14,618 nt of DNA, from assembly GCA_048885535.1 (NCBI GenBank), contig JBHLLO010000075.1:1-14618 (forward strand), given 5' to 3'. A program made the translations under genes and the position numbers. The notes beneath the pieces were generated by a model. That model worked only from the letters and a program-made list of their open reading frames with translations. It searched no databases and was not told where the DNA came from. Positions 1 to 7,011 of the stretch are shown piece after piece. The DNA comes from Candidatus Hermodarchaeota archaeon (GTDB lineage Archaea > Asgardarchaeota > Lokiarchaeia > Sigyniarchaeales > SOKP01). Position 1 is the first letter of the stretch; the number at the start of each line of letters is the position of its first letter.

Positions 1-1904
1 GTGAATAAATTTTCGTCTAATCCAATACCACCATGAAGGGCAATTTTAGATAGACATAAGCCTGATTCATTATGTATAGCTAAAACTGTAAGAATGCTTG
101 TGATGTCTTTAAAGTATTGTGCTTCTGATAACTGCTCTACATCTAGTTTTCTTGATTTTTTTATTTTTCCTTTAGTTGATCTTCTAACTACAATTATCGT
201 AAATGTAATTACCATAATAATAACAATGATAATAATAACAATGATAATTGTTAAATCGAGGGGAGGGGTTCCGTTATGAGGCCCTTCGGAGATGCCTTTA
301 ATTAAGTTTACAGAATTAGAACCAAGATTCCATCCAATGTCTCGAACATAAAAGGTAATAATTAGACTACCATCATTTAGTGCATTCCATGCGTCTTGGT
401 CAATTGTTCCGTTCTCAGTAAAGTAATATTTTTTACCACTATCATTTATTTTATACCACATGGAATAAATGTAAGGATTATTGATATTAATGTTGAATTC
501 AGGAGCATTATCACCATATTCACTTGAAGTTGGAGTATTTATCGTAATTATGGGAGCCCCATGATTCGCTATAGGAAGACTATCATTTGCATTAGCAGGA
601 CCAGGAACATTAAAAGGAGTATCACCAATATAGTCATTATTTAAATCCATACCAGTATAATTATCCCAATAATTCCCAATCATAGTATTATTCCAAAAAG
701 TTGATGTTCCATTATCAAAAGCATGAATTCTATTTGAAATAAAGGAATTTCTATAAAATTTATTATTAATATCAGATGTATCCTCAAGTTGAACACCAAA
801 GTTAGCATTGTCTTTGATTATATTATTGTAAAACTCATTGTTGTCGCAATTTATGAGTATTCTAATAGCATAATTTACTGTATTATTTATAAAATTTTCA
901 AATACTTTGCCATTATCACAGGCACTCATAAAAATTGCCCCAGAACCACCTGAAATTATATTGCTAAAAATTTCACTTTGATGAGCTATTAACATGTAAA
1001 ATCCATAAGAACAATCTATTATTTGATTATTTGATACTGAATTCTGATCAGAAGTTACCAACATGATTGTATAACTATTAATAGCTTCAAATATATTTAG
1101 TGAGATATTGTTTAGATGACAATCGTTATCAAATCTTATACCATAATCTTGCTGAAAGGTATCCATATTTTTAATTGTATTATTATATATCAAGTTTCCT
1201 TCACAAGAATCTTCAATAACTATTCCGTAAATATTATTATCGCATACCAAATTTCCCATAATATAGTTATTATCACAGAAACTTCCGAGATATATTCCAG
1301 TATCCTGGAGATTTGTTCCCTTGTTTTTGACTATATTTCCAATGATTTTATTATTAATACAATTTGAAAATAAATATAATCCCTGGCTATAATTAATATC
1401 ACCGTTATTAATTAATCTATTTCTTTTAATTGTATTATTGGCAGAATTTATCATGCTAATCCCTGAATCTATGTTGTATAATAGAGTATTATTAATTATT
1501 GTTCCTTTATTCGTATTTTCTAACTTAATTCCATCAGTAGTACCGAAGATTGTAACGTTTCTGATTTTAAAATAAACATTAATGGAATTTTCAATAAGAA
1601 TACCACAATCAATTGGAGAATCAGTTGCATCAATTGTCATATTTTCAATTAAATAGGGGTTATTCCATGTACCTGAACCAGAACACCAATCAGTTTCATT
1701 AGCAGTTGTCCAATTTAAACCAGTAATATGGATATATCTAAAGTTATTCCAAAATTCTGCTGATTCTAAATTAAATTCTCTAATTTTTAAATCCTCTTGA
1801 GAAGTTTCAATAAAATTATCTATATCAATTTGAGTAGAAATTGAAAAAATTATCAAAATTAACATCAAAAAACTGAAAATACTTTTCATTCTTGTTTTCA
1901 TCAT
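1..1904 (-). CDS. Surface/membrane glycoprotein: NosD-type right-handed beta-helix + Ig-like domain + single TM + cytoplasmic (longin-like) domain; 3'-truncated by the window edge
   Basis: Not in the ORF track because there is no stop within the window. I translated it by hand and found it open from ATG 1904 to base 1. It begins MMKTRMKSIFSFLMLILIIFSIS (signal-like) and contains WCSGSGTWNNPYLIENMTID, repeated GIxL...NNxIxxN coils and the NosD-type end GNYWDNYTGMDLNNDYIGDTPF. These are followed by an Ig-like segment (APIITINTP...MWYKIND...GTIDQDAWNALNDGSLIITFYVRD), the TM LTIIIVIIIIVIIMVITFTIIVV with RRSTKGKIKK after it, and then FKDITSILTVLAIHNESGLCLSKIALHGGIGLDENLF. Confidence 0.92.
   Translation of the reverse strand, partial: MMKTRMKSIFSFLMLILIIFSISTQIDIDNFIETSQEDLKIREFNLESAEFWNNFRYIHITGLNWTTANETDWCSGSGTWNNPYLIENMTIDATDSPIDCGILIENSINVYFKIRNVTIFGTTDGIKLENTNKGTIINNTLLYNIDSGISMINSANNTIKRNRLINNGDINYSQGLYLFSNCINNKIIGNIVKNKGTNLQDTGIYLGSFCDNNYIMGNLVCDNNIYGIVIEDSCEGNLIYNNTIKNMDTFQQDYGIRFDNDCHLNNISLNIFEAINSYTIMLVTSDQNSVSNNQIIDCSYGFYMLIAHQSEIFSNIISGGSGAIFMSACDNGKVFENFINNTVNYAIRILINCDNNEFYNNIIKDNANFGVQLEDTSDINNKFYRNSFISNRIHAFDNGTSTFWNNTMIGNYWDNYTGMDLNNDYIGDTPFNVPGPANANDSLPIANHGAPIITINTPTSSEYGDNAPEFNININNPYIYSMWYKINDSGKKYYFTENGTIDQDAWNALNDGSLIITFYVRDIGWNLGSNSVNLIKGISEGPHNGTPPLDLTIIIVIIIIVIIMVITFTIIVVRRSTKGKIKKSRKLDVEQLSEAQYFKDITSILTVLAIHNESGLCLSKIALHGGIGLDENLF
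214..248. repeat. Perfect 15-nt tandem repeat (ataataataacaatg x2.3) inside the TM-coding segment
   Basis: 214-228 is identical to 229-243, followed by the partial copy ataat at 244-248. Confidence 0.85.
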
Positions 1905-1908
1905 AAGA

Positions 1909-1914
1909 CACCCC
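1909..1914 (-). promoter_or_regulatory. Shine-Dalgarno-like site (GGGGTG) of the beta-helix gene
   Basis: The minus strand reads ggggtg-tctt-ATG ATG. Confidence 0.6.
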
Positions 1915-2422
1915 TTTTTTCCCTTTTATAGAAATTATTCTAAAAAAAATATAAAGTTCATAAATTTAGATTTTTGTCTTTGTCGCAATTTTCAAGAGGT
2001 ACTAAAATGAGTTAAAATGATATTGTTAGCCAGAAATATCCTCAATTGAGACATTTTTTATTATAATTTAACAACCAAATCTACTAAATAGCCGAATTGT
2101 CAAATTTAAAAATCACTTTATACTATAATGTCATAATATGAATCTATAAAAAATTTTTAAAGATAGTTAATTTAAAAGGGAGTCTAATTGATCGGGTGAA
2201 ATCCAATAAATAGAATTCTTTTTAGTGAATCTTAAAAGACAATTGAATTATAGAAAAGAAGAAAAATGATAATTGCTTTTTGGATGGGTTATTCTATTAA
2301 AAGCAGTAATTGGCATAGATCAAGCGCTCATGGGAATTTTTGCATAATATAAGATATAATTTTACAAAATCCATTTAACATCTAAAAGTTTTTCGTTCAG
2401 AAATAAAAAAAGTGATGAAAAA

Positions 2423-3214
2423 ATGGCACAAGAGACTAAGGATTTTGCCATAGAATTCAATAATATTGAACCAAAAGAATATTCACCTAGAGATAATAAT
2501 CCTTCTTCTTTAAAATTAAACCATCAAAGTGTTCAAAAAATAATAAACATTGCTTTAGAACTCTCGAAAGAAAATAGATTAATTACTTCTGAGCTGCTTT
2601 ATAATGTTGCAAAAAAAGTTTTAAAAATTCCAGGAGGAGGGCTTAAAGAAATAATACAAATGTTGTTTAGTAAAAGGATCTTAGTCGATAGTTCGCGATT
2701 TACAAAAATAAATGTACTAAGAAACAAGACTAGATCTTATATTTATCATTTAATTAAAACTCACATCGGTGCTCATTTCTCATTTTTAAAATCAGAATTA
2801 TCTCAACTAAATAAGAATAAAATGGGTGTAGGACATTTTACTTGGCATTTAGAAAAGCTACTTAGCTTTAATTTAATTAAAAAAGTGAAAGTAAAGAATT
2901 ACACAATATTTCTTCCTGTTGAGATTAGCCCTGAGGAAGGAATTCTATATTTCGTTTTAAGAGATGCTGTAAATAAGTTAATTATAAGTCTTTTACTCGA
3001 AAGAGGAACTGTTAATAAAATGGAGTTGTACAATGAATTGAATGTAAAAAGAGCAAAGATATATTATAGGCTAAAAAATTTAGTTGAATTAGGGATAATT
3101 TCACCTAAATCTGATGATAAAAAAACAGTCTCAATAAATTCAGATAAAAAGGATTTAATAAAAAAAATTATCTTAAACATTTTTTCTAGAAACTCTTTAT
3201 ATTTAGATTATTAA
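2423..3214 (+). CDS. Winged helix-turn-helix transcriptional regulator (tandem wHTH, ArsR-like)
   Basis: 263 aa. It contains VLRNKTRSYIYHLIKTHIGAHFSFLK...GHFTWHLEKLLSFNLIKKVKV and a second unit LRDAVNKLIISLL...ELNVKRAKIYYRLKNLVELGII. A third degenerate wHTH may lie at the N-terminus. Confidence 0.8.
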   Translation: MAQETKDFAIEFNNIEPKEYSPRDNNPSSLKLNHQSVQKIINIALELSKENRLITSELLYNVAKKVLKIPGGGLKEIIQMLFSKRILVDSSRFTKINVLRNKTRSYIYHLIKTHIGAHFSFLKSELSQLNKNKMGVGHFTWHLEKLLSFNLIKKVKVKNYTIFLPVEISPEEGILYFVLRDAVNKLIISLLLERGTVNKMELYNELNVKRAKIYYRLKNLVELGIISPKSDDKKTVSINSDKKDLIKKIILNIFSRNSLYLDY

Positions 3215-3478
3215 GAGTATGGTGCTTCAACTATTAATATAACTATACATGAGGGTATTGCTAATAAAAAGAGGTATTTATTAGATAACAAGTCAACTAT
3301 TTGTTTGTTTGACCTTACTAGTCCAATAATTCTTCAATTTGCATATAGTTCCTTTTAAAGAAAAAAGAACTTCTCTTTATTTAATTTTATTCATAAAAAA
3401 TCCTTCCTTGTGATTTTAAATAGATCACTCACCCTATTTTTTATTAAATTTCTTAATAAAAATCAAAAATGAAGAATT

Positions 3479-4156
3479 ATGGAAACCAAGGATGCTATTA
3501 AAGAAAGAGAATTCAACGCAAAACCATTCAAGATTGTATATATATTCATGTTTGCGTTTATTCTAATATTCGATGTTATTATGATTGTTTTACTTTTTAC
3601 AGTTTGGGCGAATTTAGCGACAATAGTATATGTGTTTATAGAAGCTCTTCCTTTTGGAATGATTTTCTATCTTTTATTCCTTGTTTCTCCGGTTGTTAAA
3701 GTTGGTTTTGAAATTTATGAATTGGTAAGATTTTCTCGATTCTTGAAGTCAAGCAATCAATCTAAAGAAAGTGCTATTGATGTAAGTAGAGGTTTTAAGG
3801 GAACCAGAATATATCGAATATATTACCTTGTAATACTAGTGTGTTTTATAATATGGATGGAGATATTTGACTTTCAGTCGAAATTTTTAACTTCTTCTGA
3901 TCCAGATATAAGTTATAGATACCTTACCTTCTCAAGATTTTACTGGTGGTTTGCGATTTTACTCTTTATTCATATACTACCCATAATAATAGGTCCAGAA
4001 ATTATAAAATTTTCTACTGATTACTCGAACAGGAAAAAATTAATTAAAATGATATTAGGTATTATACTTTGGACGATTCTGTTAATCCTATTGTTGAATA
4101 TTGATTTCTTTATAGCTTTAATTGTTCTTATCATAGCGAAGATTAATAGTCCATAA
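3479..4156 (+). CDS. Hypothetical multi-pass membrane protein (about 5-6 TM)
   Basis: 225-aa ORF with several long hydrophobic segments and no recognised motif. Confidence 0.75.
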   Translation: METKDAIKEREFNAKPFKIVYIFMFAFILIFDVIMIVLLFTVWANLATIVYVFIEALPFGMIFYLLFLVSPVVKVGFEIYELVRFSRFLKSSNQSKESAIDVSRGFKGTRIYRIYYLVILVCFIIWMEIFDFQSKFLTSSDPDISYRYLTFSRFYWWFAILLFIHILPIIIGPEIIKFSTDYSNRKKLIKMILGIILWTILLILLLNIDFFIALIVLIIAKINSP

Positions 4157-4158
4157 AG

Positions 4159-4183
4159 TTCTTTTTTTTTTTCTCTTTTTTTT
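4159..4183 (+). terminator. Oligo-T archaeal-type terminator
   Basis: A nearly uninterrupted T tract (T11 and T8 runs) starts 3 nt after the TAA at 4156. Confidence 0.6.
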
Positions 4184-4341
4184 GCGATGATCATGCTGCC
4201 TAGTTGATATACCCAAATTTGATTCAAGTGCTTTTTGAAATTATCACTTGAAGATAATGTGCTTCAAAAATGAGAGAACCTTTTCGATAAGAGGAAGTTA
4301 AAAAATTAATAAAAAGGAATAGAAAGATAGAGATAATTTTT

Positions 4342-5130
4342 TCACTCATTTTTGCCCGAACTGCCCCTAAGAACACCCTGCAAGAATAGTTGAGCATGAG
4401 ACATAAGTATAATATTTAGCACATAGGTTATATCAATTAATAGATAAATATTTACACGAAATGTGCCATATCTAGCGTTTCCTATTAGTAGATCAGAAAA
4501 AACAAATAAACTTGATGCGATCAAAATGAAATAACGAAAAAGCTTTGATCTTTGATTATATCCCATCCCGAGCCAAGTTATACATGCCATTGAGCCAATA
4601 GCTACAACATACGGGACTACTATTAGTGATTCTGTGCCGTTCCAAACAAAGGCAAAAAATACCACTGGGATGAATATAATCCAAAATATAATTGATATTA
4701 AGAAGACTTTACGAAGTTTTGGATGACTCATTTGAACTTTTGGGCTAATAAAAAGTATTCCGGAAAAAGCTATAATTAAGGAAATTTGCATTAGAAGATA
4801 TACTAACATTCCAATAATAAAGTCATAAGCAATAACAATTGTAGCAACAAGTCCAACAACCATTGTAATTAAAATCCAGTTTAAAAAACGGTTTGAGTTA
4901 AGTTGACGATTTTCTATAGGATTTGTCCTCTGAATGATCTCTTTAAATTTTTCAGGATCTATAGAATAAAACCTTATAATAAAAGTTGAAACAGTTACTA
5001 AAACACTGGCTAGCCATGCAATAATCAAAATTTTCGATCCTTGAATCTGATTAATTATTTCTGAGATTAAAATCATTATAAAACCTGATATTCCTAAGAC
5101 GATTGGTAAAATTATTCTCTTATAGTTCAT
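4342..5130 (-). CDS. YhhN/lysoplasmalogenase-like membrane protein (divergent)
   Basis: 262 aa with about 8 TM segments. It has FIIGMLVYLLMQ (cf. FxxGLxxFLxAH), VVPYVVAIGSMA (cf. VxxYxxxIxxM), ASSLFVFSDLLIG (cf. GAxLFxxSDxxL) and ITYVLN (cf. xTYxxAQ). Confidence 0.75.
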   Translation of the reverse strand: MNYKRIILPIVLGISGFIMILISEIINQIQGSKILIIAWLASVLVTVSTFIIRFYSIDPEKFKEIIQRTNPIENRQLNSNRFLNWILITMVVGLVATIVIAYDFIIGMLVYLLMQISLIIAFSGILFISPKVQMSHPKLRKVFLISIIFWIIFIPVVFFAFVWNGTESLIVVPYVVAIGSMACITWLGMGYNQRSKLFRYFILIASSLFVFSDLLIGNARYGTFRVNIYLLIDITYVLNIILMSHAQLFLQGVLRGSSGKNE

Positions 5131-5138
5131 TTTTTTAT

Positions 5139-5145
5139 CTCCTCC
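5139..5145 (-). promoter_or_regulatory. Shine-Dalgarno site (GGAGGAG) of the YhhN-like gene
   Basis: ctcctcc on the + strand, 8 nt upstream of ATG 5130. Confidence 0.7.
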
Positions 5146-5200
5146 ATCTTAATTTCAGATAAATATATTCATTAAATTAATCATAATTAATGAAGATTTT

Positions 5201-5827
5201 TCAGGGAAAATCTCCCTGAGAAACCAGTACTATTATCACAATTGCACCAATCCCACTAACGAGAAAAGCCCATAAACCATCACTGAACAAGGTCTCCCAA
5301 TAACCTTTCCCGTATTGGGAAGTTAATGCACCCCAAAATGCCAAATTGATAGCTAATGCTATAAGAAAGGTAAGTATCGCCCATATACCAATATATAAAA
5401 GTACAGGGGATCCTCCTTTTAGTTTCTTTATAAATTCTTCATGCTCATCTTCACTTTTCTTGATCGCTGTCGTTACAGATTCTAGAGTGAGTGTTCCAGT
5501 TTCGCTTAATTCCATAGCCCTTTTAATTAAGAATTCTTTAGTCCATTTTCTAATTCCTTCTTTTGCTTTTTTATGTGCTTTCTTATGGTCCCTTTCTACC
5601 GATCGATTTACATAGTCTTCTATCACTTGATTAATTTTAATGGCGGTTTTTACTGTTTCGAGAGTGATAATACCTGTTTCGCTTAATTCTGTAGCCCATT
5701 TGATTATATTTTCTTTATCTTTTGCTTTCCATTCTTCCTTTACTTTTTTGGATGTTTTCTTCCATTTCGTCTCAGATATAGAATTTATATAGTCCTCTAC
5801 CATATGATTAATTTCGTCATTACTCAT
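5201..5827 (-). CDS. Hypothetical protein: two 59-aa helical repeats + two C-terminal TM helices
   Basis: 208 aa with an internal duplication (EDYxN...ELSETGxxTLExVxTAIK twice), then the hydrophobic segments VLLYIGIWAILTFLIALAINLAFWGAL and LWAFLVSGIGAIVIIVLV. Confidence 0.8.
   Translation of the reverse strand: MSNDEINHMVEDYINSISETKWKKTSKKVKEEWKAKDKENIIKWATELSETGIITLETVKTAIKINQVIEDYVNRSVERDHKKAHKKAKEGIRKWTKEFLIKRAMELSETGTLTLESVTTAIKKSEDEHEEFIKKLKGGSPVLLYIGIWAILTFLIALAINLAFWGALTSQYGKGYWETLFSDGLWAFLVSGIGAIVIIVLVSQGDFP
5459..5812 (-). repeat. Intragenic 177-nt (59-aa) tandem duplication
   Basis: Residues 6-64 align to residues 65-123 without gaps. The DNA shares tttcgcttaattc, tagccc and agagtga at a 177-nt offset. 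Confidence 0.85.
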
Positions 5828-6020
5828 TCTAATTCCCTTATCATTATTACTTTAAAGTTGTAATATTGGATTTAAACTTATTAAGAATGAATAGAAAAGA
5901 TCATTTATATTTATTAAGATTAAATGTAGATTACTCTCCTTTTAGTTTTGATAAAGGTTTAAAGAAAAAATAGATAGTAATGATTTTAAAAAAAAATAAA
6001 TTATATTTTAATTGAATTAT

Positions 6021-6815
6021 TCATAGAAATCTGTATTTTATCTTTTCCTCTATGGAGGACTGGTAAGCAATATTTTTTTCTACTTCATCCATAACAAGTT
6101 TAGCACTTTCAATCTCTTCATTAAGCACTTCTTCCTTAGTAGCCTGTTGCATTTTACTAATTCTTTTATCTGTTATTTCAAATGCATGTTGACTCCAGCT
6201 ATATTCATCATTAAAAGAGAACCATATCTCTTTATATGCGTTTCTATGTCCTCCGTCTTTGGCTAATGGTTTATCTTGAATACTAATCTGAGGATCTGCT
6301 AGATAACACCAATCTAGAATCACCCAACCTAATCCTTCTTCAGTATCAGGTCTATCAGCTAAATAAGTAGCATATGCATGACCACCTAATGGAGCTGTGG
6401 GAGATTCTTGTACGTAGCCAGCACATACTTTTACTCGCCATGAAGGTATCCCTGCATTAATCAGTAACCCCGCTGTTAAAATTGCTCCATCTTCACAGTC
6501 TCCAATAGTAGATTGAAGTGTTTCAAATGGAAACTGCCAAAATTCTGGACATTCTACATTTACATCATCATATACATAAGTTAGAAATTCGCATACAAAT
6601 TTCTGACATTCTAAAGCAGTCTCATCAAAACTATTCATTCGTAAATTTTTAGCATCAATAACTCTCCTAATTATCTCATCTTCTTTATCGATAAATGTTC
6701 TTACATCTATACTGATCATCTTATTATAATGCTCCCCTCTCAAAGCTCTTCCACGATAGATAATAGGTGAACGCTCCCATTTAGTATTCCAATATTCTGG
6801 ACCATACGATTCCAT
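6021..6815 (-). CDS. Transglutaminase-like cysteine peptidase (BTLCP/LapG-like papain fold)
   Basis: 264 aa. EFWQFPFETLQSTIGDCEDGAIL supplies the catalytic Cys, GGHAY the His and WVILDW the Asp. No signal peptide is visible. Confidence 0.85.
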   Translation of the reverse strand: MESYGPEYWNTKWERSPIIYRGRALRGEHYNKMISIDVRTFIDKEDEIIRRVIDAKNLRMNSFDETALECQKFVCEFLTYVYDDVNVECPEFWQFPFETLQSTIGDCEDGAILTAGLLINAGIPSWRVKVCAGYVQESPTAPLGGHAYATYLADRPDTEEGLGWVILDWCYLADPQISIQDKPLAKDGGHRNAYKEIWFSFNDEYSWSQHAFEITDKRISKMQQATKEEVLNEEIESAKLVMDEVEKNIAYQSSIEEKIKYRFL

Positions 6816-7011
6816 AATTCATACAATCTCTTTAAATCTCATTGAATTTTAATTAAATATGATTGGTTTTCTAATTTTAGTAAAAATTAAAGTAAATTAA
6901 ACGATAATGAATTTTGTAAGAAACATAAAGATTTATACATTATTATACACTGTCATTTTCATAACTAGCTAACCTTGAAAATTAATTGTAGAGTACTGGT
7001 TTTATTTTTTA

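Noticed and set aside
94-279. 61-aa + strand ORF
   Set aside because: Antisense shadow of the TM/cytoplasmic part of the 1-1904 gene.
1116-1367. 83-aa + strand ORF
   Set aside because: Antisense to the beta-helix coding region and has no motif.
1-1904. Calling the first gene nosD (nitrous oxide reductase maturation)
   Set aside because: Only the beta-helix fold is shared. No nos genes are nearby and the architecture differs.
2266-2352. 28-aa micro-ORF (MIIAFWMGYS...) upstream of the wHTH gene
   Set aside because: Short, no clear RBS or motif, and expected by chance.
4021-4227. 68-aa minus-strand ORF
   Set aside because: Overlaps the 3479-4156 gene antisense and reads through the T-tract.
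5346-5615. 89-aa + strand ORF
   Set aside because: Antisense shadow within the 5201-5827 gene.
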